Shown one piece after another: positions 36,408-46,223 of a DNA stretch of 64,000 bases; positions within the stretch are counted from its first letter, which is position 1; each line of letters opens with the position of its first letter. This stretch comes from Planctomycetota bacterium (GTDB taxonomy: Bacteria; Planctomycetota; B15-G4). Below the pieces are notes generated by a model that saw only the letters and a program-made list of their open reading frames with translations, did no database searches and was not told the DNA's origin. The position numbers and the translations under genes are program-made. Where the stretch lies: positions 160,001 through 224,000 of the forward strand of contig JBBQUR010000003.1 in NCBI GenBank assembly GCA_038212275.1, read 5' to 3'.

Positions 36408-38336
36408 CTATGGTGCCGGTACCGGGGTCGGGGTCGGGGTCGGAGCCGAGCCGAGCGTCGAGCGGAAGGTCTCGAGGGCAAGCTTGCGCGCCTCTGGCGT
36501 GGCCGTGTTGCCCATGTGTCCGCCGGCTGGCCAGATCTGGATCCGGTTCCCGAAGACCGACCGCTGCCAGGCGCGGTCCTCCTCGGTCTGCAGCCAGTCC
36601 TTCTCGTTGGTGAAGACGTGGATCCTGTCGTTGGCGCGCAGGCCGGCTTCGACGGAGTGCAGGCTGCAGTTCTCGAACATCACGGTGTCGCTCGAGATCG
36701 CCGGATCGCGGCTGCGGAAGTAGGGCAGCGCGAAGGCATAGAAATACTCCATGAACGAGTAGTCGGCGATCTCCGCATAGGCGGGGCCGCGCTCGTCCGC
36801 CACCAGCGGCGTCTTCAACACGCCCATGTCGTGCCGGAACTGCGTGTCCCAGAGGATGTTCATCAGCGTGAGCCGGAAGCTCAGGCCGATCAGATACTCG
36901 GCCATCCGCTCGCCGATGGGAATCGGCTTGCCCGGCTCGAGGTCGCCCGACTCGCCGACCTTCAGCGCCATCTGCACCGTGCTCATCATCGCTTCCTCGC
37001 GCTCGTCCGGCGGCAGCACGAGGGCTGCGTTGTAGAAGCGGTCGAGCTGCTTCGCCGCGTACTCGAGGCGGACCGGTGACGCGACGGAGTAGTACTCGTC
37101 GAAGCGCAGCAGGTCGTTGCCTGGATCCCGCTCCTTCGCGGCCATGAAGAGCGTGTGCATGGCTCCGAGCGAGAGGCCGATGACGCCCTTCTTTCCCATG
37201 CTTCCCGGATGTCTCGCAGCGATGTCCTTCGCGATCAGGTCGAGCGCGACGTGCGTGTCGTGCGCATCCACCGGTTCGTAGCCGGGCAGGTCGACGGACA
37301 GCGCGTTCTGATAGAACTCGAAGTTCATCGAGTTGCTGATGGTCACAGCCGAGCAGCCGGCCGCCCAGGCCCACTCGGCCGTCGCCGTCGCGTGATTGGA
37401 GAGCCGGTGGCTGCCCGTGCCCGGCACCACGAAGACGATCGGCGCCGGCTTCGGCTGCAGCCAGAGCGTGTAGGGCAGCTCGCGGCCGGTCGACGGGATC
37501 GTCACCGTCTCGGTCACTCCTTCGCCCACGAAATCCGGGTCCGTCGGCGCGAAGAAGACAGCCTCCAGCGTCTCGACCTCCCCGCTCTCGGGCGCCGGAC
37601 GGTACTGAAAACGCACCAGGTCGGCGGACCGCTGCACGCTGTAGAGCACGTGCAGCAGCAGGTACACCGTGTCGTTGGTTTCGGCAAGTTTCTCGTACTT
37701 CGGCGTGAGGTCGCTGGACTTGTTGAGGTAGACGAGCGGCGCGACGAAAGGGATCCAGGTGCCGATGTTGAGCAGCGTGTCGGGCACGAGGCCGACGGTG
37801 TCGCGCGTGTCGTCGGGACCGAGGACCGGCACCACGAGATAGTTCGGGTCTTTCCAGCCGGCGGCCTCGAGGGACAGGCCCGTGTCCTCGGGCGGCGGCG
37901 CATGGATGCCCCACGAGTCGGCCGGATCGAAGAAGCCGAGCAGGCCGACGATCGTGTTGATCAGGAAGCGTCCGGTCTCCGTGCCCGCAGTCCCGAATTC
38001 TCCCTGCACGAGGTTGTTCACGCCGCGCACGGGGAAGGCCAGGTTGTCGCCGAACTGGGCGATGTGCTTGCGCACGGGCTCGCCGAAAATGAAGCGCCAG
38101 CCCTTGCCGATCGGCTCGAGCACGTAGCGCCACGTCCCGTCGTTGAATGTGGCCGTGCCGCGGTTCGTCGGCTCGAGAGGGTCCGGCATGAGCGGGAGGA
38201 ACGGTACCTCCTCCTGCTGGAAATAGCGGGCCCCGGGCCCGTCGTACGCCGACCAGTCGCGGCGCTCGGTCACGACCGTTGTGGTGCAGCCGGCAAAGAC
38301 GAGAACGGTGCCGAAGAGCAGGAGGCAGCGGATCAT
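36408..38336 (-). CDS. Lipoprotein: MlaA/VacJ domain fused to an alpha/beta-hydrolase (lipase-like)
   Basis: Lipobox FAGC. MlaA motifs DPLEPTNR..FND, RFLINTIVGLLGFFDPA, EDTG, YLVVPVLGP..RD. Hydrolase motifs VVPGTGS, GLSLG, NEKD, GGHMGN. Confidence 0.88.
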   Translation of the reverse strand: MIRCLLLFGTVLVFAGCTTTVVTERRDWSAYDGPGARYFQQEEVPFLPLMPDPLEPTNRGTATFNDGTWRYVLEPIGKGWRFIFGEPVRKHIAQFGDNLAFPVRGVNNLVQGEFGTAGTETGRFLINTIVGLLGFFDPADSWGIHAPPPEDTGLSLEAAGWKDPNYLVVPVLGPDDTRDTVGLVPDTLLNIGTWIPFVAPLVYLNKSSDLTPKYEKLAETNDTVYLLLHVLYSVQRSADLVRFQYRPAPESGEVETLEAVFFAPTDPDFVGEGVTETVTIPSTGRELPYTLWLQPKPAPIVFVVPGTGSHRLSNHATATAEWAWAAGCSAVTISNSMNFEFYQNALSVDLPGYEPVDAHDTHVALDLIAKDIAARHPGSMGKKGVIGLSLGAMHTLFMAAKERDPGNDLLRFDEYYSVASPVRLEYAAKQLDRFYNAALVLPPDEREEAMMSTVQMALKVGESGDLEPGKPIPIGERMAEYLIGLSFRLTLMNILWDTQFRHDMGVLKTPLVADERGPAYAEIADYSFMEYFYAFALPYFRSRDPAISSDTVMFENCSLHSVEAGLRANDRIHVFTNEKDWLQTEEDRAWQRSVFGNRIQIWPAGGHMGNTATPEARKLALETFRSTLGSAPTPTPTPVPAP

Positions 38337-38520
38337 GGAACACTCACTTCTGCACGGTGGCGGACGATGGATGGGGCGCATGAGCGGCAGGCGCTCCCAC
38401 CCTAACCGGCGCCCGCAGCGTTTCTCCACCCGTGACCGGGCCGCCGCTTCGTCCTCCACACCGGACACGCGCGCCACGCGGTGGAAGATCGCCTGTGGTG
38501 CACCAGGAGGGCGTCCGCCG

Positions 38521-38664
38521 GACACGATCGCTTCGCAGTCGATCCCGGTTCCCGACGATGCCGTGCTGCTCCGATGCACGGTGCATCTCCAGGCGCTCGT
38601 GCTGGACGGGTTCGGCCCGAAGGGCGGCCGGCTCACGACCAACGTCGCGGTCGAGCTGCCGCAG
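38521..38664 (+). pseudogene. Orphan fragment of the C-terminal domain seen on the FG-GAP and CHRD proteins
   Basis: Translates SIPVPDDAVLLRCTVHLQALVLDGFGPKGGRLTTNVAVEL; no credible start or nearby stop. Confidence 0.5.
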
Positions 38665-38785
38665 GCACGGCCCGCGGCCGCCGCCGCCCTGAATTCGCGA
38701 CCTGCAGATGGAAGGTGTGCGAAGCTTCCGACACGCAAGGCGCACGCGCTGATGAGTGGCTGCCGCCACGGGAGAATCCTTCGTC

Positions 38786-39958
38786 ATGAAGACCATCGAA
38801 CGTCTCTTCACCTTGCTGGCTGTCGGCATGCTGCAGGTCACGGTGTGCGCGGGCGACGTCCTGCAGCGTGCTGCGGTCGCGCCGCAGCCGGATGCCTTGC
38901 GCGAACGCATCGAGAAGCTCGGCTGGGAACTCTGCGAGCAGCATCAGGTGCCGGGCGTGGCCGTGGCGGTGGTGCGGGAGGGAAAACTCGCGTGGGTGCA
39001 GTGCTGCGGCTGGGCGGACATCGAGCAGGAGCAGGAAGTCACCGCCGAGACGGTCTTCAACATCGGCTCGATCTCGAAGACGGTCGCGGCGTGGGGCGTG
39101 ATGAAGCTGGTCGAGGACGGCAAGCTGTCACTCGACACTCCGGTCGTGCCGAAGCGCTGGCAGCTGCCGACGTCGGAGTTCGACGCGCGCGGCGTGACCC
39201 TGCGCCGCCTGCTCTCGCACACGGCGGGGCTCTCGCTTCACGGCTACCCGGGCTTCTGGCCGCCCGCCGAACTGCCGTCGCTGGAGGCCTCCCTCGGCGG
39301 CGACACGCATGGCGCGGGCGCCGTGCACATCGAGCTCGAGCCCGGCACGACGTGGCAGTACTCGGGTGGTGGATACACGATCGCGCAACTCCTCGTGGAA
39401 GAGGCGAGCGGTCTCCCCTTCGCGCCCTTCATGCAGGCCACCGTGCTCGGGCCGCTCGGCATGACCCATTCGGCTTATGGCTGGACGCCCGAGGTCCTCG
39501 CGCACTCCGCCACGCCCTACGACGAGGACGGCAAGCCTCTGCCGCGCGGTGGACCCTGCTTTCCCGAGCTGGCGGCCGCAGGCTTCCAGACCACGGCGGC
39601 CGACCTCGCGCAGTTCGCCTGCGCCGGCATGACGCACTTCCGTGCGAACGACGCCGCGCACGTGCTGAAGCCCGAGACCATCGAGTTGATGCAGTCCCCC
39701 TCGCCGCCTGCTGCCAACTGGGGCCTCGGCTACGACGTGCGCGACGAGCGCGGCCTGCGCCTCGTCGGCCACGGCGGCGCGAATCAAGGCTGGATGGCGC
39801 AGCTGACGCTCGCTCCCGCCAGCGGCGACGCCATCGTGATCCTGACGAACGGCTCCAACGGCAACGCGCTGATCGGTCCGCTCCTGAAGGAATGGATCGA
39901 TTCCGTGGCCGCAGCCGTCGCCGCACGCGCATCACAGGGCGCCGACACGCCGCGCTGA
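38786..39958 (+). CDS. Exported serine hydrolase, beta-lactamase class C/AmpC-like family
   Basis: Signal peptide; FNIGSISK (SxxK), LLSHTAG, YSGGGY, LGM, HGG motifs. Confidence 0.92.
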   Translation: MKTIERLFTLLAVGMLQVTVCAGDVLQRAAVAPQPDALRERIEKLGWELCEQHQVPGVAVAVVREGKLAWVQCCGWADIEQEQEVTAETVFNIGSISKTVAAWGVMKLVEDGKLSLDTPVVPKRWQLPTSEFDARGVTLRRLLSHTAGLSLHGYPGFWPPAELPSLEASLGGDTHGAGAVHIELEPGTTWQYSGGGYTIAQLLVEEASGLPFAPFMQATVLGPLGMTHSAYGWTPEVLAHSATPYDEDGKPLPRGGPCFPELAAAGFQTTAADLAQFACAGMTHFRANDAAHVLKPETIELMQSPSPPAANWGLGYDVRDERGLRLVGHGGANQGWMAQLTLAPASGDAIVILTNGSNGNALIGPLLKEWIDSVAAAVAARASQGADTPR

Positions 39959-40186
39959 GGACACGCGCGTTGCTGTTTGGAATGGACGCGATCGCCGTCC
40001 GCGGCTGCTGCCCGTCCTGCAGGAGCGAGGATCTCCCGGCGTTGGCCAGCGCGCGCTCAGAGTTCGCGGAGCGTCACGAGGACCTGCGAAAGGCGCTGTC
40101 TTTCCAGGAGGAGTCACTGCTCTTCGGCGGAGATGATCCCGAGGAGTTGAACGGGGCGCAGTCCGCGAGGAGCAGTGCCTTCCGCG

Positions 40187-42241
40187 TCAGTGGCCGCCGA
40201 CAGCGGGGGATGAGACTTCCCCGGACGGCGCCCGACCGGGGGAAGAAGCGTCGGTGAGCGCTGACTGAAGCACGTGTCCATCCATGCCGAGCGGGCCTTG
40301 ATTGCCTTTGTCGTGCTTGCCGGCGTCTCCCGCGCCGCCCGCCGGAATCAGCCCGACGAGCGACGCCAGCGTGGGCGCGATGTCCATCGGTGCAGCGGGG
40401 CCGGGGCGGATGCCCGGCGCGATGCCGGCGCCGTAGAAGATGAGCGGCACGTCGCGGTCTTCGGGATGGTGGGTGCCGTGGTCGGCGGCCACGTCGCGCG
40501 CCAGCAGCGTGCCGTGCGTCACCAGGAACAGCACGTCGCCGGAGCGCGTCGGATGGACGTCGGCGGCCAGCGCGCGCAGGTCGGGATTCGCGCCGTCATC
40601 GGCGAGCGCCGCGGCCAGTTCCGCGCGCGTCGCGGCCAGCTCGATGCCGGGCAGGGCCGACAACTCATAGGCGACGGCGTCCGCAAGCTCCGCCACGCTG
40701 TGCCCCGAGGCGAGGCAGGCGTCGCGATCGATCCACACCGACGGCTTGAGCAGCGCGGAGATCCAGTGGCGCGAGGGGGCGGCGGCATCGGCGCTGGCGC
40801 CAGCGGCATCGGCACCCGTCGCATCGGCGCCCGTGGCATCGGCGATGGTGCCGGCGGACTCGACGGGCGGCGCACCGCCGGCGTCGCCGGGCATCACCGC
40901 AGGCATGAGTGCGGGCGGCGCGCCGAGCACGAGCTGCAGCGCCGCTTCGAGCCGCGCGCGCAGCTCCTCCTGCGTCATGCGCAGGCTGCCGCTTTGTTCG
41001 GGCAGGTCGCCGACGCCGTGGTCGGACGTGAGCGCGAGCGTCCAGCGGCCGGCGCCCACGTCTTCGTCGAGCAGCGCCATGAGTTCCGCGAGGCGGCGGT
41101 CCAGCGCGAGGAACATCTCCAGCACTTCCTGGCTGCGCGGGCCGAAGTCGTGGCCGGTGTAGTCCAGCCCGGAGAAGCCGACGCAGAGCAGGTCGGGCGT
41201 GTCGTCGCGGCCGAGAGGCTCGTGCGCCAGCGCCTCGCGCACGGCGGCGAGCACCTCGAGGTCGGCGGCGGGCGTGCCGGCGAGCAGCCGGCACAGCGGC
41301 CGCAGCGAGCCGCCGCGCGACGCCGGCTCCGCGTGCGGCATCTGATGCGGGAAGACGGGGCGCGTGCCCGGATCGAAGGACTCGCCGGGCGCATCGTCGA
41401 TGCCCGAGAACTCCGTCGCCCGCTGCTCGTCGAGCGTGCGCTCCCACACGCTGTCGGAGGCCGAGGCGAGGTCGCCGCGCGCGTTGAGCGCGACGAGCCA
41501 GCGCGGCAGCGCGGGCCGCAGCGCGCTCGTCGTCACCCAGCTGCCGTTTTCGGACTCGATCCAGTAACTGCCGTCGCTGTCGTGGCCGCCCATGAGCAGC
41601 GCCGCGCGGTCCTTCCACGCGAAGCTGACGACGAGCGCCTCGCGGCCGAAGTGCGCTTTCAGCAGGTCGCCGAGCGTCGGGCGTTCGAGGCGGCGCGCGG
41701 AGACGCCGGCGGGGCGCAGGCCGGGCAGCGAGCCGACGAGCGTTGCGTCCGGATCGGCCACGCAGTAGGTGTGCACGCCGTCCTGCAGGAATTCGTTTTC
41801 CGGGATGCCGGCGCGCGCGGGCAAGCAGCCAGTGGCGATGGCCGCATGCCCCGGCGCCGTGGACGTGACGGTGTGCAGGTGCGCCGCGTCCGGAAACACC
41901 GCGCCCTCCGCGAGCAGGCGCCGGAAGCCGCCCTCGGGCAGCAGCGGCAGGAAGCGCTGCACGTATTCCGCGCGGCACTGGTCGATGCTCACGAGCACGA
42001 GCAGGCGCGGCCTCGGCGCGGCCTGCACCGGCGCGGCCTGCACCGGCGCGGCTTGCACCGGCGCGGACGTCGCCAACTCGGACGTCGCCGAGCTGACCCG
42101 CTCCGGAGCTCCGGCCTGCGTTGCGGGCGGCGTCTGGGCGCCGGCCGTCGCAGCCAGCAGCGCCATCAGCAGTGCCATGGAATGCGCCATGGAATACACC
42201 ATGCTCAGCACGATCGGTCGAAGGCGTCGTGGCAGCTGCAT
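40187..42241 (-). CDS. Exported alkaline phosphatase family protein (PafA/nucleotide pyrophosphatase type)
   Basis: SIDQ, TSTAPGHA (Thr nucleophile), KDRAA, DYTGHDFGP, TSDHG, DHG motifs; signal peptide. Confidence 0.9.
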   Translation of the reverse strand: MQLPRRLRPIVLSMVYSMAHSMALLMALLAATAGAQTPPATQAGAPERVSSATSELATSAPVQAAPVQAAPVQAAPRPRLLVLVSIDQCRAEYVQRFLPLLPEGGFRRLLAEGAVFPDAAHLHTVTSTAPGHAAIATGCLPARAGIPENEFLQDGVHTYCVADPDATLVGSLPGLRPAGVSARRLERPTLGDLLKAHFGREALVVSFAWKDRAALLMGGHDSDGSYWIESENGSWVTTSALRPALPRWLVALNARGDLASASDSVWERTLDEQRATEFSGIDDAPGESFDPGTRPVFPHQMPHAEPASRGGSLRPLCRLLAGTPAADLEVLAAVREALAHEPLGRDDTPDLLCVGFSGLDYTGHDFGPRSQEVLEMFLALDRRLAELMALLDEDVGAGRWTLALTSDHGVGDLPEQSGSLRMTQEELRARLEAALQLVLGAPPALMPAVMPGDAGGAPPVESAGTIADATGADATGADAAGASADAAAPSRHWISALLKPSVWIDRDACLASGHSVAELADAVAYELSALPGIELAATRAELAAALADDGANPDLRALAADVHPTRSGDVLFLVTHGTLLARDVAADHGTHHPEDRDVPLIFYGAGIAPGIRPGPAAPMDIAPTLASLVGLIPAGGAGDAGKHDKGNQGPLGMDGHVLQSALTDASSPGRAPSGEVSSPAVGGH

Positions 42242-42268
42242 GCGCCGCAGTGTACGCACGGCGACGCT

Positions 42269-42997
42269 CTACCGATGGATGAGCGCGTCCTGCGTGATGC
42301 CCGGCGGCGCGGAGAGGACGCGGCCGGCGCCGCTTCCGTCGAAGGCCAGCTCGACCACGCCGTGATAGGGGACGAAGCGCGACATGGAGGTCGGCGCGTC
42401 CCAGCCGAGGAGTCGGCGCATGATGACGCGCACGACGTGGGCGTGGGTCACGACGACGACGCGGCGGCCTGCGTCCGCCGCCAGCACGCGCTCGAGCGCT
42501 TCGTGAACGCGTGCGGTGAAGGCGCTCTCGCGCTCGCCCTCGGGAGCGGCGTGCTGCTCCGGATCGGCGATCGAGAGGGCGAGTGCGCCGGGCCAGCGCG
42601 CCTCGACTTCGGCCTTCGTGAGGTGCGTCCAGAGGCCGCGGTGCATTTCGCGGAAGGCGGGATCGAGGACCAGCGGCGCGCCGCTGTGTTCCGCAAGCGC
42701 CTGCGCCAGGAGCGCGGCGCGCGACAGCGGGCTGCTGTAGACGCGCTCCGGTGCGCCGCGCGCCAGCTCCGCCGCGAGCAGCAGGCTGGCCTGCACGCCG
42801 TGCTCCGAGAGCGGAACTTCCGTGCCGCCGTAGAGCCTGCCCTTGTGCGCGGCGGCCACTTCGCCGTGCCGCACGAGGCAGACATGCGTCAGTTTGGCTC
42901 CGGAATGGCCGCGCGCCGCCGCCCCCTGCAGGGACGGCGGCGCGCTCTCGGATCGCCCGGCGCCCGGGGCGCCGTCGTTCGAGGGGCCGTCGCTCAC
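42269..42997 (-). CDS. Histidine phosphatase (phosphoglycerate mutase/CobC family)
   Basis: [28 protein letters not shown] motifs; GTGA overlap with the peroxiredoxin stop. Confidence 0.9.
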   Translation of the reverse strand: MSDGPSNDGAPGAGRSESAPPSLQGAAARGHSGAKLTHVCLVRHGEVAAAHKGRLYGGTEVPLSEHGVQASLLLAAELARGAPERVYSSPLSRAALLAQALAEHSGAPLVLDPAFREMHRGLWTHLTKAEVEARWPGALALSIADPEQHAAPEGERESAFTARVHEALERVLAADAGRRVVVVTHAHVVRVIMRRLLGWDAPTSMSRFVPYHGVVELAFDGSGAGRVLSAPPGITQDALIHR

Positions 42998-43641
42998 AGC
43001 GCGCCCGCGTTTTCCTTGAGGTACGCCGCGACGCCTTCCTTGCTGGCCTTCATTCCCTTCTTGGACTTGTCCCAGCCGGCCGGGCAGACCTCGCCATGCT
43101 TGGTGTGGAAGTCCAGCGCGTCGACCATGCGCAGCATCTCGTCGATGTTGCGGCCCAGCGGCAGGTCGTTCACCACCTGGTGGCGCACGATGCCCTTGGT
43201 GTCGATGAGGAAACTGCCGCGCAGCGCGACGGCGCCGCCCAGCGCGTAGTGGCTCGTGCCGTCCGTGTCGGTCACGCAGGAGTTGCCGATGAGGACGTCG
43301 TACTTCGCGGCGATGGTCTTGTTCAGGTCCGCGACGAGCGGGTAGTCGAGCTTGCCGATGCCGCCGTTCTCGATCGCGGTGTTGCTCCACGCGAGGTGCG
43401 TGAAGTGGCTGTCCACGGAGCAGCCGATGACCTGCGTGTTGCGCGACTTGAACTCGCCCGCGCGATGGTGGAACGCGATGATCTCGGACGGGCACACGAA
43501 GGTGAAGTCGAGCGGGTAGAAGAAGAGCACGACGTTCTTGCCGCGGTAGTCGCTGAGCTTGAAGTCGGCCTTGAAGCTGCCGTCCGGCATGAGTGCGGTG
43601 GCGGTGAAATCGGGGGCTTCCTTGGTCACGAGCACGGCCAT
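42994..43641 (-). CDS. ahpC: 2-Cys peroxiredoxin (AhpC/TsaA)
   Basis: [14 protein letters not shown] and GEVCPAGW motifs, GRNIDE; GGAGA RBS. Confidence 0.95.
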   Translation of the reverse strand: MAVLVTKEAPDFTATALMPDGSFKADFKLSDYRGKNVVLFFYPLDFTFVCPSEIIAFHHRAGEFKSRNTQVIGCSVDSHFTHLAWSNTAIENGGIGKLDYPLVADLNKTIAAKYDVLIGNSCVTDTDGTSHYALGGAVALRGSFLIDTKGIVRHQVVNDLPLGRNIDEMLRMVDALDFHTKHGEVCPAGWDKSKKGMKASKEGVAAYLKENAGAL

Positions 43642-43738
43642 GGTCTTCTCTCCTGAAGTTGTCGGTGATGAATCGGGAATGAAAGGGAACGGGATCGGTG
43701 CCTGGCGCCGCGGCGAGGCCCGCGGCGAGGTCGGGCGG

Positions 43739-44221
43739 TCAGCTCTTCTCGTCCTCGAACTGCTGGTGGGCAAGCCACTGCGGCAGGCCCAGCTCCTCGA
43801 TCTTGGCCAGCTGCGTCTCGAGCCAGTCGATGTGCTCCTCTTCGTCCACGAGGATGTGCTCGAAGAGTTCGCGCGTGCCGTGGTCGTTGTGCTGGAAGCA
43901 CGCGGCCAGCGACTCCTTGAGCACGTCGATGGCGCGGTATTCCAGCGCGAGGTCGGAGGCGAGCATCGCCTTCACGTCCTTGCCGACGGCGATCTTCTCG
44001 TACTTCGACATGTTCGGGGCGCCGTCGAAGAACAGGATGCGGTCGATGAGCTTGTCGGCGTGCCGCATCTCGTCCATCGACTCGTCCCACTCGAACTTTG
44101 CCACGCGCCCGTAGCCCCAGGCCTTCGCCATCTTGGAATGGAGGAAGTACTGGTTGATGCCGGTGAGCTCCATCGTGAGCACGTGCTGGAGCGCGGCGAG
44201 GATGTCGGGCGAGGTTTTCAT
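43739..44221 (-). CDS. bfr: Bacterioferritin
   Basis: [21 protein letters not shown] (heme Met), [16 protein letters not shown]; 160 aa. Confidence 0.96.
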   Translation of the reverse strand: MKTSPDILAALQHVLTMELTGINQYFLHSKMAKAWGYGRVAKFEWDESMDEMRHADKLIDRILFFDGAPNMSKYEKIAVGKDVKAMLASDLALEYRAIDVLKESLAACFQHNDHGTRELFEHILVDEEEHIDWLETQLAKIEELGLPQWLAHQQFEDEKS

Positions 44222-44330
44222 GGCGCGGCGATCCAGGGGCGGATGGGGCTCTCCGCGGCGGTGAGCCACGAGTGCGCCCGGCCGGGCGCGTCTGCATAGC
44301 ACGAGCCGCGTGCCCGATGCCAGAACGAGG

Positions 44331-44366
44331 CAGGGGCGCGGACCCTGTGTCGGATCCGCGCCCCTG
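44331..44366. terminator. 12-bp perfect hairpin between the Cys-rich lipoprotein gene and bfr
   Basis: CAGGGGCGCGGA / TCCGCGCCCCTG. Confidence 0.55.
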
Positions 44367-44422
44367 TCGGTGGCGCCGGAGGTCAGGCCGCGGAGCGACC
44401 GACCAGCGGTTGGCCAGCAGGC

Positions 44423-44665
44423 TCAGTTCTTCGGAGCTTCCTTGTCGCAGCAGGAGCCGGCAGCCGGCTTCTCGCAGTTCGCGGCCTCGTCCTTGGTGCA
44501 GTGGGCGGCCTGTTCAGCCGTGCACTCGCCGGACTTCTCGCAGGCCTTGGCGGAGGCATCGAAGCCGACCGAGGACTCCTCTGCAGCGGACGTGCTGGAG
44601 CTGGTGCAGCTGGTCATGGTGAGGGCGAGCACGAGGCTGGCGCAGACGGCAAGCTTGCGAAGCAT
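44423..44665 (-). CDS. Small Cys-rich lipoprotein (80 aa)
   Basis: GGAG RBS; signal peptide with MTSC lipobox; mature region C-x5-C-x7-C-x7-C-x7-CC. Confidence 0.75.
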   Translation of the reverse strand: MLRKLAVCASLVLALTMTSCTSSSTSAAEESSVGFDASAKACEKSGECTAEQAAHCTKDEAANCEKPAAGSCCDKEAPKN

Positions 44666-44904
44666 GCGAGGGACTCCGATGAAGAAGAAGGAAGAAGGCA
44701 GGTGCGGACGATGGCCGGCACCCTGAGCGCCGACGAAGGCGGCAGCTTAGCACACTGGGGGGCAGGCGAGGGCTGGCGACGAGCTTGGAGGGGACGGCCG
44801 GACTCCATCCCGCGTGGAATCGCGCCGGCATTCCGGCAACACTCGGGACAGGTCAGGCGCCGGCTGCGGCCCCCGGGCTGCGAGCCTTTCTCCGAGGAAT
44901 CGCG

Positions 44905-46122
44905 ATGCCATCTGTCTCGTCCGCCCGCAGGGCCGCGCCCTCACCGCTCGCCGCGCACTGGGGTCTCGATCCGGACGTCACGTTCCTGAATCACGGATCC
45001 TACGGTGCGTGCCCGAAGGTGGTGCTTGCCGCGCAGCGCCGCTGGCAGGACCGACTCGAGTCGGAGCCGGTGCTCTTCATGGCGCGGGAGCTGGAGCCGT
45101 TGCTCGACGGCGTGCGCGCGGAGCTGGCGGCGTTCGTCGGGGCCGACCCCGAGGATCTCGTCCTCGTGAACAACGCCACGACCGGCGTGAACACCGTGCT
45201 GCGCTCGCTGCGGCTGGAGCCCGGCGATGAGCTGCTCACCACCAGCCAGGCCTACGGCGCGTGCCGCAATGCGCTCGAGGTGGTCGCGGCCGCCGCGGGG
45301 GCGCGCGTCGTCGTCGCTGCGGTGCCGTTTCCGATCGCGTCCGCCGAGCAGGCCGTGGCGGCCGTGCTGGCGGCGGTCACGCCGCGCACACGCCTGGCGC
45401 TGCTCGATCACGTCACCAGCCCGACCGGCCTGGTGCTCCCGATGGAGCGCCTCGTGCCCGAGCTTCAGGCTCGCGGCGTGGATTGCCTCGTCGATGGAGC
45501 GCACGCGCCCGGCATGCTGCCTCTGGACCTCCGCGCGCTGGGCGCCGCGTACTACACCGGCAACTGCCACAAGTGGATGTGCGCGCCGAAAGGCGTCGCG
45601 CTGCTGCACGTGCGGCGCGACCGGCAGGCCGGCGTGCGTCCGCTGGTCATCAGCCACGGCGCCACCGCGCCGCGCACCGATCGCAGCCGTTTTCAGCTTG
45701 AATTCGGCTGGACCGGCACCGACGACCCGTCCGCGCGCCTCGCGTTGCGCGACGTCATGACAGCCATGTCCGGGATGCTCCCCGGCGGCTGGCCCGCGGT
45801 GATGGCGGCCAATCACGCGCTGGTGCTCGCGGGCCGCGATGCGCTGTGCCGCGCGCTCGGCATCCCGGCGCCGGCGCCCGATGCGATGCTCGGCTCGCTG
45901 GCGAGCGTGCCCTTGCCCGACGCGCGGGGCTCCGCACCTGTCGGACCGCTCTTCCTGGACCCCGTGCAGCTCCGGCTGTGGGAACGGCACGGCATCGAGG
46001 TGCCTGTCTTCACCTGGCCACGCGCCGGCAAACGCCTGCTCCGCATCTCCGCGCAGCTCCACAACGCACCAGCCCAGTACGAGGCACTGGCCGCCGCCCT
46101 CCCGGAAGCCCTCCGAGCCTGA
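44905..46122 (+). CDS. PLP-dependent class V aminotransferase (isopenicillin-N-epimerase/EgtE-like)
   Basis: GAGGA RBS; FLNHGSYG, NATT, DHVTSPTG, DGAH, GNCHKW motifs. Confidence 0.92.
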   Translation: MPSVSSARRAAPSPLAAHWGLDPDVTFLNHGSYGACPKVVLAAQRRWQDRLESEPVLFMARELEPLLDGVRAELAAFVGADPEDLVLVNNATTGVNTVLRSLRLEPGDELLTTSQAYGACRNALEVVAAAAGARVVVAAVPFPIASAEQAVAAVLAAVTPRTRLALLDHVTSPTGLVLPMERLVPELQARGVDCLVDGAHAPGMLPLDLRALGAAYYTGNCHKWMCAPKGVALLHVRRDRQAGVRPLVISHGATAPRTDRSRFQLEFGWTGTDDPSARLALRDVMTAMSGMLPGGWPAVMAANHALVLAGRDALCRALGIPAPAPDAMLGSLASVPLPDARGSAPVGPLFLDPVQLRLWERHGIEVPVFTWPRAGKRLLRISAQLHNAPAQYEALAAALPEALRA

Positions 46123-46223
46123 CCCGGCTCGGCCGCACACCGGCGGACCCGCACACGGGCAATGTCACATTCCAACAGGGCCACATATTGGCAGACCCGC
46201 GGATGTCGGCGGATGTCGGCGGA

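Noticed and set aside
38786..39958. Bona fide antibiotic-resistance beta-lactamase (and Eis/APH as resistance genes)
   Set aside because: Motifs only place these in broad families with mostly non-resistance functions; no mobile context.
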